Shown here piece after piece: positions 1-11,607 of a stretch of 36,077 bases of DNA. This DNA comes from Octopus bimaculoides (lineage: Eukaryota), in the NCBI RefSeq assembly GCF_001194135.2, contig NC_068995.1:42178448-42214524 (forward strand), given 5' to 3'. The notes under the pieces were generated by a model. That model saw only the letters and a program-made list of their open reading frames with translations. It ran no database searches and was not told the DNA's origin. Position 1 is the stretch's first letter; each line of letters opens with the position of its first letter. Position numbers and translations under genes: made by a program.

Positions 1-4
1 ACAT

Positions 5-150
5 ACATATACATATATCGATACATATACATATATCGATACATATACATATATCGATACATATACATATATCTATACATATACATATATCTATACATAT
101 ACATATATCTATACATATACATATATCTATACATATATCTATACATATCT
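5..150. repeat. 18-bp minisatellite (ACATATACATATATC[G/T]AT)n decaying into (TA)n
   Basis: Three units with CGAT followed by four with CTAT, read directly from the sequence. Confidence 0.85.
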
Positions 151-304
151 ATATATACATATCTATATATATATATATATATACACATATATATATATAT
201 ATGCATAAAAACATATATATATATATATACATATATCTATATATATATATATATATATATACATACACACACACACATATATACATCAGTACACAGACAT
301 ATAC

Positions 305-423
305 CACTGTCGACTTTTGCATCCTGAATGCAAGACTTTCAATGCATGCTGAAGACGTTTGTATAAAATTATGACACAAGAAATGTTTCCATATTATAAA
401 TTTTACAATGCATTTCAGCGGCA
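305..423 (-). CDS. Candidate internal exon of an unidentified gene ([39 protein letters not shown])
   Basis: Pyrimidine-rich acceptor ...ctcccttacatccctgcaaag|, one open frame, donor GTG|gtatat. No homology recognised. Confidence 0.2.
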
Positions 424-589
424 CTTTGCAGGGATGTAAGGGAGTACAGAAATATTACATGAATAGAGTACTTCAAACATATGGCTCTGAGCGTCAATCC
501 TATAATACTTTCTAAAGTACCAGTGTGTAGCCTCTGTCACTCAAACATCCACATACATATATGTGTGTGTATATATATATATATATATA

Positions 590-762
590 GGCTGAGAAGT
601 GGCTGTGTGGTAAGCAGCTTGCTTACGAACCACATGGTTCCGGGCTCAGTCCCACTGCGTGGCACCTTGGGCATTTGTCTTCTATTATAGCCTCGGGCCG
701 ACCAAAGCCTTGTGACTGGATTTGGTAGACGGGAACTCACTCTATGAGTGTGTTTGCCCGTC

Positions 763-796
<34 letters not shown>

Positions 797-984
797 CCCC
801 GCCCCAACATTGCTTGACAACCGATGCTGGTGTGTTTACGTCCCTGTAACTTAGCAGTTCGGCAAAAGTGTCCGATAGAATAGAATAAGTACTAGGCTTA
901 CAAAGAATAAGTCCTGGAATCGATTTCCTCGACTAAAGGCGGCGCTCCAGCATGGCCTCAGTCAAATGACTGAAACAAATAAGA

Positions 985-986
<2 letters not shown>
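590..986 (+). mobile_element. SINE family A (tRNA head, CORE-like domain, internal microsatellite, AGAGTAAA-type tail), full length
   Basis: Pol III-like head (ggctgtgtggtaag...ggttccgggctcagtccc), CORE-like gcaccttgggca, (TA/GT)n middle, tail ending gtcaaatgactgaaacaa. More than 10 similar copies in the window. Confidence 0.9.
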
Positions 987-1019
<33 letters not shown>

Positions 1020-1044
1020 CGTATATGTATGTATGTGCGTGTAA

Positions 1045-1075
<31 letters not shown>

Positions 1076-1487
1076 CGTGTATGTGTGTTTGCATAACGAT
1101 GGACATTCCTATAGCTTTCGCTCCCTGATTGTCCAAAACGTGTACCATTAACGCGTTCCTGAAGCAGCATCAGTAAGGTACGAGACGACCGTTTGAGCCC
1201 TAGGAGGTACCCCTACAAAATATTCAGATGATCCTCCATCAGTTTCGATAAAAATTATGTAGGATGTTGAAAACACTTGATTTTTATAAACCATAGAGTG
1301 AGTTCGAATCCATATTCTGCCGTTTTGACAGCAAATTTCTCATTTGCTATGTCATGCACGCAACTTTACAGCGCAAAGGTAGAGTGTATGTGTATATGTA
1401 TATATATATAGATATATATATACACACACGTGCAAGTGTCTAATACTATAACCTCCAACAAACTAATGCCTTCTCATCGGATATGGC

Positions 1488-1568
<81 letters not shown>

Positions 1569-1636
1569 AGGCGATCAATATATATATATATATATATATT
1601 CACATATACAAGCTGTAAATTAGTGGTTCGTCAAAA

Positions 1637-1755
1637 AGAGAGCGATAAAATAAGTACTAGGCCTAACAAAAATGAGATCGGCTGAGACTTTGCAACGCGG
1701 TGCTCCAGCATGGCCGCAGTCAAATAACTGAAAGAGGTAAAAGAACGAAAGAATG
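1637..1755 (+). mobile_element. SINE family A, 3' fragment
   Basis: aataagtactagg...gcggtgctccagcatggccgcagtcaaataactgaaa matches the family A tail. Confidence 0.8.
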
Positions 1756-2491
1756 TATAATGTGTGTGTGCTTGTGTGTGTGTGATAGATAGATAGATAA
1801 GGAGACGGATAAATAAACGAGTTGATAGACAGATAAAGAGACGGAAGGATAGATACACGGATAAATAGACAGACAGACAGACAGACAGAGAGAGAGAGAG
1901 ATAGAAAGAGAGAGAGAGAGAGAGAATGAGAAAACGTGGTGGTGAGTGAAACCTAAAGTGAGAAGGAGGGGGAGGTGAGGCAAGCGAAAAGTAGTAGGAG
2001 TGGCTGAATGCAAGAAGAGCCAAACAAAAGAGGAGCGTCTATAAGGAGTAGGAGGAATAAGTGAGAGCAGAGGTGGGAGAGGCTATACTATCAGCAGCCA
2101 CAATAACACAGAAACTGAGGAGAGTGGTGCATGAGGTGTACGTATAGTAGTAGTAGCAGTAGTAGTAACAGTAGTAACTGCTGCTGTTTCGTCCCCTGGG
2201 TCATCTTCTGACAGAGACTACTTCCTACCAGCCGCGACTATTCCGTCTTTTTTCAATCAATGTGTCCGGCGTTTTACATTTAAGTTTGCGTATCTTTGTT
2301 TTTAATAGACGCTGGACGAAGTGATGTGGCTGTTGTTTCTAGCATCTAAGGTCTCGTAGTTCCTATGTGCGTACGTGCGTGCGTGCGTGCATTTGCGTGT
2401 GTGCTAGGAAAAAGAGTGGGGGGATTGTTATGCGGCTAAGAAAGGAAAACGAAAGTAGGAGGAGGATTAAAGGCGGAACGTGTGTGTGTGT

Positions 2492-2523
<32 letters not shown>

Positions 2524-2525
2524 TA

Positions 2526-2561
<36 letters not shown>

Positions 2562-2671
2562 TAGAGAAAAAGAGAGAGAGAGAGAGCATGGAATAGGGAG
2601 ATCAGGTTTAGAAATGACGATGAAGAAGAAGAATAAGAAACAGTAAAAAGGAACACAAACATTTTTTAAAA

Positions 2672-2886
2672 ATGGGTTTCGAATTTTAGCACAAGACCAG
2701 AAATTTCGGGGGGTATGTGTAAGTCGATTATATCGACCCTAGTGCACAAATGGTACTCATTTTATCGACCCCCGAAAGTATGAAATGTAAAGTCGACTTC
2801 GGTAGAATTTGAACTCACAACGTATAGACGGACGAAATACCTCTATGCATTTTAACCGGCATGCTAACGATTCTGTCAGCTCGCCG
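2672..2886 (-). mobile_element. SINE family B (head ggcggcgagctggcagaatcgttagc..., B-box-like gagttcaaattcc)
   Basis: Reverse complement aligns with the copies at 3457, 22023 and 28331. Confidence 0.85.
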
Positions 2887-3098
2887 GAAGCACACAATTT
2901 TTTTTTGAGAAGTGTAGGAAGTTAGACAAAACTAACCCTAGTATATAACCGGTACTTTATTTCATCGGCACCCTCGAGAATGAAAGATAGAATAACAATA
3001 ATAATCATTACAATAGCTTCCGCCATGCTAATAATTCTCCCAACTCCCCTTCTTAACAATACTCCTTTCTATTAACGGTATAAAGCCTGAAAGATCGC

Positions 3099-3240
3099 GG
3101 GAGGGGACTAGCCAGTTACTTCGAGTCTAGTGTTTCACTGGTACTTAATCTATCAACTCTGAAAGGATGAAAGGTAAAATCGACCTCGGCGGAATTTGAA
3201 CTCAGGACGTAAGGAAGGACGAAATGCCGCTCAGCATTTA
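3099..3240 (-). mobile_element. SINE family B copy, left arm of a back-to-back pair
   Basis: ctggtacttaat...gacctcggcggaatttgaactcag matches family B in reverse. Confidence 0.8.
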
Positions 3241-3254
3241 TTTTTTTAGCAAGC

Positions 3255-3415
3255 TTGGCAAAATACTTACTGGTATTTCGTTCATTCTTACGTTCTGAGT
3301 TCAAATCCCTCCGAAGTCGACTTTACCTTTCATCATTTTGGGGTCGGTAATTAAGTACCAGTGAAACATTGGGGATCAATGCAATTGACTTATCCCCCTC
3401 CCCTAAATTTCAGGC
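3255..3415 (+). mobile_element. SINE family B copy, right arm of a back-to-back pair
   Basis: ggtatttcg...acgttctgagttcaaat...aagtaccagtgaaac matches family B. Confidence 0.8.
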
Positions 3416-3456
3416 CTCCTGCTTTATGTAGAAAGGATGATTATTATTACTATTGT

Positions 3457-3652
3457 CAAGGCGGCGAAGTGGTAGACTCGTTCACATAGCGGCATTTCTT
3501 CCGACTACGTTCTGAGTTCAAATTCTGCTGAGGTCGACATTGACTTTCAGCCTTTCGGGGTGGATAAATTAAGAACCAGCTGTACACTGGCGTCGATGTC
3601 ATCGATTCACACACTCCTCCGAAATTGCTGGCCTTGTGCCAAAAAATTTAAA
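3457..3652 (+). mobile_element. SINE family B, near full length, 8-bp TSD ACTATTGT
   Basis: Head aggcggcgaagtgg; flanking direct repeats at 3449-3456 and 3653-3660. Confidence 0.85.
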
Positions 3653-3977
3653 ACTATTGTTATTATTAAACGCAAAACAATACATATTTAAAGATGCAGG
3701 TATATTTGTATAAGAATCTCTTGTTTGACTGGTATTTCGTAGAAATATATAAGATGGAAAAAATATAAGTCATTCTGAATGGGATAGATTTTAATGATCC
3801 CAGAGTCAAAGATGGGGTGGTGAAGCCGACGAATGAATATTTTTGATGAGGTCAAACTGGGTACCTTACTGGTACCCCAATCACTTAGTGAACGTGTTAC
3901 CACGAAATGCTAATGCTACCAAGGTACTTACCACAAAGGACAGTGAAAAGGACATGAAGTATGTGTGTGTGCGTGTG

Positions 3978-4034
<57 letters not shown>

Positions 4035-4937
4035 NNNNNNNNNNNNNNNNNNNNNNNNNNNNNNNNNNNNNNNNNNNNNNNNNNNNNNNNNNNNNNNNNN
4101 NNNNNNNNNNNNNNNNNNNNNNNNNNNNNNNNNNNNNNNNNNNNNNNNNNNNNNNNNNNNNNNNNNNNNNNNNNNNNNNNNNNNNNNNNNNNNNNNNNNN
4201 NNNNNNNNNNNNNNNNNNNNNNNNNNNNNNNNNNNNNNNNNNNNNNNNNNNNNNNNNNNNNNNNNNNNNNNNNNNNNNNNNNNNNNNNNNNNNNNNNNNN
4301 NNNNNNNNNNNNNNNNNNNNNNNNNNNNNNNNNNNNNNNNNNNNNNNNNNNNNNNNNNNNNNNNNNNNNNNNNNNNNNNNNNNNNNNNNNNNNNNNNNNN
4401 NNNNNNNNNNNNNNNNNNNNNNNNNNNNNNNNNNNNNNNNNNNNNNNNNNNNNNNNNNNNNNNNNNNNNNNNNNNNNNNNNNNNNNNNNNNNNNNNNNNN
4501 NNNNNNNNNNNNNNNNNNNNNNNNNNNNNNNNNNNNNNNNNNNNNNNNNNNNNNNNNNNNNNNNNNNNNNNNNNNNNNNNNNNNNNNNNNNNNNNNNNNN
4601 NNNNNNNNNNNNNNNNNNNNNNNNNNNNNNNNNNNNNNNNNNNNNNNNNNNNNNNNNNNNNNNNNNNNNNNNNNNNNNNNNNNNNNNNNNNNNNNNNNNN
4701 NNNNNNNNNNNNNNNNNNNNNNNNNNNNNNNNNNNNNNNNNNNNNNNNNNNNNNNNNNNNNNNNNNNNNNNNNNNNNNNNNNNNNNNNNNNNNNNNNNNN
4801 NNNNNNNNNNNNNNNNNNNNNNNNNNNNNNNNNNNNNNNNNNNNNNNNNNNNNNNNNNNNNNNNNNNNNNNNNNNNNNNNNNNNNNNNNNNNNNNNNNNN
4901 NNNNNNNNNNNNNNNNNNNNNNNNNNNNNNNNNNNNN
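4035..4937. other. Assembly gap (N run) flanked by microsatellites
   Basis: Ns in the sequence. Similar large gaps at 5837-6414 and 12360-12934, with smaller ones elsewhere. Confidence 1.
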
Positions 4938-5639
4938 ATATATATATATATATATATATACATATATATATAATAGTTGTGTATATCAGTGTGTGGTTCT
5001 GTCGTCACAATGATTGTTCATGACGAGAACTCTGACTAGGAGCAGAGAGAATTATGGAGAGGTTGACCACAAGGGGATTTTAACTCAAAAGGTAAAGAGC
5101 CGGAACATATACCGCAAAGCCTTTTGTCCGATGCTCTAACAATTTTGTCAACTCACTGCCTTACTATTACTACTACTACTACTACTACTACTACTATTAA
5201 TAATAATAAAATAAGTTTTTTAGTAACGTATGTCAAATATGGTACAAACTAAATCCCCTCACAAAAAAATTAAAAAAAACACGGTGGTTAAAAAGGCGAG
5301 AAAATAAAAGAATTTCGGAAAGGATTGTACAGTCGGGCACATTCAGCCCAGCATATTACAGGTATATTAATTTATTCTCCATTCAACGGTGGAAGACAAG
5401 GCCAGTTTTGAAACTGAGAACAAGTGATTCTTTCTAGCGTCATACAGATTGGGGTTCCTGTTTCGCTCTGATCACTTGTTGCGATACAAGATGGCAAGGG
5501 GTTAACATAAGTGACTGAATTGGAAAGACCCCCAATAAACTACTGGTATTGTTTTCTCTATACACACAAAAGTATGAAAGAAACAAAGTCAGAATTCGGT
5601 TCTATTTTGTGCATTTATTTCTCGCACCCTCTTTTCCGT

Positions 5640-5767
<128 letters not shown>

Positions 5768-6680
5768 CATATATATACATACATATATATACATATATAT
5801 ACATACATATATATATATATATATACATACATATATNNNNNNNNNNNNNNNNNNNNNNNNNNNNNNNNNNNNNNNNNNNNNNNNNNNNNNNNNNNNNNNN
5901 NNNNNNNNNNNNNNNNNNNNNNNNNNNNNNNNNNNNNNNNNNNNNNNNNNNNNNNNNNNNNNNNNNNNNNNNNNNNNNNNNNNNNNNNNNNNNNNNNNNN
6001 NNNNNNNNNNNNNNNNNNNNNNNNNNNNNNNNNNNNNNNNNNNNNNNNNNNNNNNNNNNNNNNNNNNNNNNNNNNNNNNNNNNNNNNNNNNNNNNNNNNN
6101 NNNNNNNNNNNNNNNNNNNNNNNNNNNNNNNNNNNNNNNNNNNNNNNNNNNNNNNNNNNNNNNNNNNNNNNNNNNNNNNNNNNNNNNNNNNNNNNNNNNN
6201 NNNNNNNNNNNNNNNNNNNNNNNNNNNNNNNNNNNNNNNNNNNNNNNNNNNNNNNNNNNNNNNNNNNNNNNNNNNNNNNNNNNNNNNNNNNNNNNNNNNN
6301 NNNNNNNNNNNNNNNNNNNNNNNNNNNNNNNNNNNNNNNNNNNNNNNNNNNNNNNNNNNNNNNNNNNNNNNNNNNNNNNNNNNNNNNNNNNNNNNNNNNN
6401 NNNNNNNNNNNNNNATATATATATATATATATACATACATATATATATACATACATATATATATATATGCATACATATATATATATACATATACAAATAT
6501 GTATATCCACATATATATATACTCCTGCATTTATATATACACATACATACATATAAACACATACATATATATATACACACATGTATATATACATATATAC
6601 ATATATGTATATACATACGGATAGACATATATACCTACATATATATATATACACATACATATATATACATGCATATATAT

Positions 6681-6886
6681 ACTCTTTTACTTGTTTCAGT
6701 CATTTGACTGCGGCCATGCTGGAGCACCGCCTTTTAGTCGAGCAAATTGACCCCAGGAATTATTCTTTGGATGCCTAGTACTTATTCTATCATTCTCTTT
6801 TGCCGAACCGCTAAGTTACGGGGGCAGAAACACACCAGCATCGGTTGTCAAGCGATGTTAGGGGAACAAACACAGACACACAAACA
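6681..6886 (-). mobile_element. SINE family A, 3' half
   Basis: actcttttacttgtttcagtcatttgactgcggccatgctggagcaccgcc is the reverse complement of the tail. Confidence 0.9.
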
Positions 6887-6903
6887 TTTTTATTTATATT
6901 TTA

Positions 6904-6940
<37 letters not shown>

Positions 6941-7249
6941 CTTATATTTTTATATATATTTGCTTAAGATTTGGGTACGTGTTCCTAATTTAAGTACAAA
7001 ATCACCGTTTTAAATTTAACAGGGTGCGTTTTGGTCTAATAACATATTGACCCGAGTATTTGACTAACTTTTTTTTAGTGACCATAAACGGATGGAAGGT
7101 AAATTTGACCTCGAGGACATTTGAGCGTAGAATCCAAAGAAATTCCAGGAAGCATTTTGTCCGACGTTTTTAACGATCCTTTCTGTTCTCTGTTTTGGTA
7201 CTTTGGATATTAATGGTGATCTAATATTGTTTAAAGCCGATATATTGTC

Positions 7250-7392
7250 GGGGATGTGGGTAAGTTGATTATATAAGGATAAAAGGCAATGTCGACCTCG
7301 GCGAAATTTGAACTCAAAATAAAGAGGAATGAAATGCCGCTAAGCATTTTCTGCACAGCTCGCTAACCACTCTGCCAGCTAGCTGCCTTGCG
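7250..7392 (-). mobile_element. SINE family B, degenerate; a second older copy lies at about 7020-7160
   Basis: gtcgacctcggcgaaatttgaactc...gccgctaagcatttt...tctgccagct. Confidence 0.75.
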
Positions 7393-7506
7393 GTGACCCA
7401 TTATCAATTAACCGACTCTTATTTTATTAATCACCGAGAGTATAAAATTAAAATCGACAGAAGAAGGATTTGAACTACTTGAAACAACTAATAATGTCAA
7501 GCATAC

Positions 7507-7537
7507 CACCGTCTCCATCATTCGATGACGGAAAGAG
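7507..7537 (-). CDS. Candidate 31-nt mini-exon
   Basis: Acceptor tttcgattctctgttacag| and donor GTG|gtatgc are both close to consensus. Reading frame ambiguous (LFPSSNDGDG or SFRHRMMETV). Confidence 0.2.
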
Positions 7538-7779
7538 CTGTAACAGAGAATCGAAACCTCGTCGCGTGTTTTGATGCACTTATAACTGATCATTCTTAAT
7601 TATGTTAATAAATGGTAATTAATTTCTAATTTATTGAAATTAAAATAATCACTTCACTAATTAAATTTGTCTGCTTTTCTTAGTGAGTCGCTCACACTTG
7701 CTAAATGTTAATGAGATCTTTCTCCAACTAAATAGCAAGTTTCCACATAAGGTTTCTGTTTATAGTCATATATATATAT

Positions 7780-8541
7780 AATTTATTAATAAGGGTAGAA
7801 ATTGATATTAATCAATTAAAACCAGTGGTCTAGCATATTAAAAAAATCCGAAGATTAAAATTATATTACATACAAAAATAAGAGGAATGACCAGCAAAAG
7901 TGGACTCCTGTATGTTAGAAATAGATGCCGAATCATCTAACCACGAAAAATATGTTCTCAGTAAAAATTTAGCCACACAACAGACTGTAAAAGGGCAAGA
8001 CAAATGAAAAAATACTAAATAAAAAAAAAACGATTAACCTACGTACCATGGTTTCGCCTGTTAAAATTTACATAAGTAAATATCTGCAGGATCATCAGCG
8101 TAGTCTGTCGATTTATAAAATATAACTTCCAGAATTAGACACAAGACGTTCACTCAAAAAGGAGCACGTGTAGAGTTCTACATATTACATTCAGTGTATC
8201 CTTTCAAATGTCCTCAATATGGCGCGCTGAGTCCGGAAATAATTCTGCAGTTAATAAATTTTTGCTGCTAATTTACCGGTTTGAGAATATCATTATTTAA
8301 AATTTATTAATAAGGGTAGAAATTGATATTAATCAATTAAAACCAGTGGTCTACCATATTAAAACAATCCGAAGATTAAAATTATATTACATACAAAAAT
8401 AAGAGGAATGACCAGCAAAAGTGGACTCCTATATGCTAGAAATAGATGCCGAATCATCTAACCACGAAAAATATGTTCTCAGTAAAAATTTAGCGACACA
8501 ACAGACTGTAAAAGGGCACATATTTTTCGTGGTTAGATGAT
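7780..8541 (-). mobile_element. Penelope-like or retrozyme-like element: 218-bp direct repeats (7780-7997, 8301-8518), internal hammerhead, 23-bp terminal inversion
   Basis: Repeats offset by 521 bp with 5 mismatches. 8519-8541 is the reverse complement of 8453-8475. Hammerhead motif at 8039-8103. Confidence 0.7.
8039..8103 (-). ncRNA. Minimal type I hammerhead ribozyme
   Basis: Minus strand reads CUACG-CUGAUGA-U-CCUG...CAGG-C-GAAA-CCAUGG-U-A-CGUAG. Stem I CUACG/CGUAG, full core, palindromic stem III ACCAUGGU, GUA cleavage triplet. Pair 10.1-11.1 is U-C instead of the canonical G-C. Confidence 0.75.
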
Positions 8542-8607
8542 AGTATGCGCTATGAATGTCTTGTTCTTCCTTTCTTTCTTTAGATATTTATATGTAAATA
8601 GGTTAAA

Positions 8608-9430
8608 ATGCGTGACCTATCTGATCTCCAAAGGAGACAAATTATCGAAGCATGGATAACTAGGGATTCAGGCACTAAAACTGCTGGACTGTTTTATATT
8701 TCGAGAGGTGCAATTTTGAAAATCATACTGGCATTCCAAAACCACGGTAAAACAGTATGGCTAGCATTATTCTGGGTGGAGGGCAGAAGGGTCGCAGAAG
8801 AGTTTATCTTGTTGCATCTCAAATCCATCGAACTTCTGCAGCAAAAGAAGATAGCTAAGCTAACCCATCATCTTGTTAACTGTGTGCCAACCGTTTTTCG
8901 TGAATGCCATTGGAAGACCACAATTGCTAAACCTCTCCTGTTTCCCATTATCAATGATGATAAGCGGCTAAAAATGTTATCTCAACAATCAGGAGAGGTT
9001 AAAGGTGCGATGGAATAATATCGTATTCTCTAATGGATCACCGTCCGTCCTTTTTCGAACTTTGGGGCAAGTTTATGTTTCGGAGACAGACCAAAGAAGT
9101 CTTCACCTCTAGGTGTTTGGCACTTACCAAGAATCATGGCGATCACTCTGTGATAATTTGGGCAGCCGTATCACGGAATTCTTTGGCTCTTTTAATTGTT
9201 CCACGTGACAGAGTTAACTCTAAGGATTATATGACCTTGTCCATCTTATTATTATTATTATTATTATTTTTCGGGGTAGAACATATCCATCCTGTGGTAC
9301 AAAGAATGTCCCCTGATGGTAACACAATCTTCCAGTGTGATAATACACTGAGCGCAGTCGTAGTTGTGTGAGCGGTAACAGTAGAATGCTTTGTGGTATA
9401 AATCACGTCATTTTTGAAATAAAGAAGAGT
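8608..9430 (+). pseudogene. Decayed Tc1-family transposase
   Basis: MRDLSDLQRRQIIEAW...GKT (paired-like N-terminus), IAKPLL, NHGDHSVIIWAAVS (KHGGGSVMIWAAIS-like) and IFQCDN (FQDDN-like). Frameshifts, a (TAT)n insertion, first catalytic WSDE motif lost, 3' end cut by a SINE. Confidence 0.85.
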
Positions 9431-9449
9431 ACAAAAAAAGGAAATAGAG

Positions 9450-9815
9450 AAGCTTGCTTCCCACACACATGGTTCCGGGTTCAGTCCCGTTGCGTGACAC
9501 CTTGGGCAAATGTCTTCAACTATAACTTCGGGTCGACCAAAGCTTTGTAGGTGGATTTGGGAGAGGGAAACTGAAAGAAGCCTGTCGTATGTCTGTGTCT
9601 TTGTGTCTGTGTTTGTCCCTTCATTGCTTGAACAACCGGTGTTAGTGTGTTTACGTACCCGTAACATAAGCAGCTCAGTAAAAGAGACCGTTTGAGTAAG
9701 TTACTAGGCTTACAAAGGGCAAGTCCTGGGGTCGATCTTTTTCGACTAAAACCCTTTAATGCGGTGCTCCAGCGGAGCTGCAGTGAAATGACTGAAGCAA
9801 GTAAAGGAATAAAGA
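9450..9815 (+). mobile_element. SINE family A, near full length
   Basis: cacatggttccgggttcagtccc...caccttgggcaa...gcggtgctccagc...aatgactgaagcaagtaaa. Confidence 0.85.
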
Positions 9816-9816
9816 G

Positions 9817-9900
9817 AAACTTGCTCAAGAAGCTAGTCACTGGGATCGAACCCAAGATCTAAGGACTGCGAAGCGAACTTCAAAACTATTTAGCCGTGCT
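9817..9900 (-). mobile_element. tRNA-like SINE head fragment
   Basis: Reverse complement has B box ggttcgatccc followed by a CORE-like cttgagcaag. Confidence 0.5.
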
Positions 9901-10081
9901 GCTATAAAATAAATGCTGAGGTCGATATCCTCAAATATAAATCCTACCACCTGTCAGTCTGTAACCCAGGGTTCCGTTGAAAGAGATGCTTTTAGTTACA
10001 CAATATTGTTCTCGTTAAGCCCCAAACTAGTCGTAGCTCATCAAACAGACCTATCTATACTCTACGGCATTGAGCTCCTCA

Positions 10082-10453
10082 TCTTGTTGGCACTCCGTCG
10101 CTTACGACGTCGAGGGTTCCAGTTGATCCGATCAACGGAACAGCCTGCTCGTGAAATTAACGTGCAAGTGGCTGAGCACTCCACAGACACGTAGCTCTCG
10201 GGGATATTCAGCGTGACACAGTGTGACAAGGCTGACCCTTTGAATTACAGGCACATCAGAAACAGGAAGTAAGAGCGAGAGAAAGTTGTGGTGGAAGAGT
10301 ACAGCAGGGTTCGCCACCATCCCCTGCCGGACCCTCGTGGAGCTTTAGGTGTTTTCGCTCAATAAACACTCACAACGCCCGGTCTGGGAATTGAAACCGC
10401 GATCCTATGACCGCGAGTCTGCTGCCCTAACCACTGGGCCATTGCGCCTCCAC
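10082..10453 (-). mobile_element. SINE family C (about 370 bp, tRNA-derived), full length, 11-bp TSD TGAGCTCCTCA
   Basis: A box tggcccagtgg and B box ggtttcaattcc; TSD at 10071-10081 and 10454-10464; close to the copies at 29846 and 33137. Confidence 0.95.
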
Positions 10454-11109
10454 TGAGCTCCTCAAATGTCGTTGATATTATTTTGCCATAATGTATCTAC
10501 AACTACATTATCCAAAACGTGCCCCCATTCGTTTGTTGCTGCAGTTGTCTTCGTTTTTAATCCTAGTTTAGTCCTGCAGGAAATTTGGCCGCTAATTTTT
10601 GCTGGTTAAGTGATTACATATATGTTCCCTCGTTGGTTTCTGAAATACGAAAAATAAATTTGGCTGCTATTTCTCGGAAGTCAGGTGGCCGCTTTGAGTT
10701 TCCTTCGTCAATTCGTGTATCATTCCGTTTTTTTTTTTGCCTTTTTTTGTTTCTGTTTTCTTTTAGAGTAGGTGCTTTGAATGTGAATTTTAACTGCTGT
10801 GTCTAGCAATTTAGAGACTTATTACATCGACTCACACAGAATATCCGGGAGACGGGAATTTAGTAGTGAAAAAGAAAGGGAAGGAAGAAAGAAACTCGAG
10901 ACAAAACAACAAAATAAACAAAAGACCACAAAAATGCAATGAAGAACAAATTCAAGTATAAAGTGGGTGGGGGGATAGATTATACTAATGAAACAAATTC
11001 GAATAACAAGAACGAGAAGATGAAAAAGACTGACGGCAGAAGAAATAACAAAAGCTATGTCGGCAAATGAAGCCCGTGCGGTCGGTTGTTGCAGAGAAAG
11101 AAACTGGAC

Positions 11110-11143
11110 GCTGATTGGTCAATAATGGATTAAGAGGCGGAGT
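11110..11143. promoter_or_regulatory. Possible CCAAT box (GCTGATTGGTCA) next to a GC-box-like GAGGCGGAGT
   Basis: Motif match only; no linked transcript is evident. Confidence 0.15.
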
Positions 11144-11549
11144 AGGAGTGTTAAAGTGAAGAGGTGAGGGAGTGAGAGTAAGATAAATAGAGAGAGAAGA
11201 AAGAGAGAAGGGGAGAGAGAGAGAGGGGGGAAGAAGGTAATAGAAAAGGTTGTGGGAGCGAGAGAAAGGAAGGCAGGGTTTACATAGAAATCTAGAGATA
11301 TAAGAATAAAGGGGGTGGTAGGGTAGAAGGAGGAGGAGGAAGATGACGACTGCAGAGGAAAAATGTGAACGATAGAATTTGGGAATCACGCAGAGCTATG
11401 TACATGGCCGAACATAGAAATATTATACGCACACACACACACACACATGTTTAGCTTCACTTTCATCAGGCAATCAACATCACAACATCCAGTTTCTTTC
11501 CTTTCCGTCTATAGATTTAAAAATATTGTCTAGCATAGGAAACCGTACG

Positions 11550-11599
<50 letters not shown>

Positions 11600-11607
11600 T
11601 TATATGT

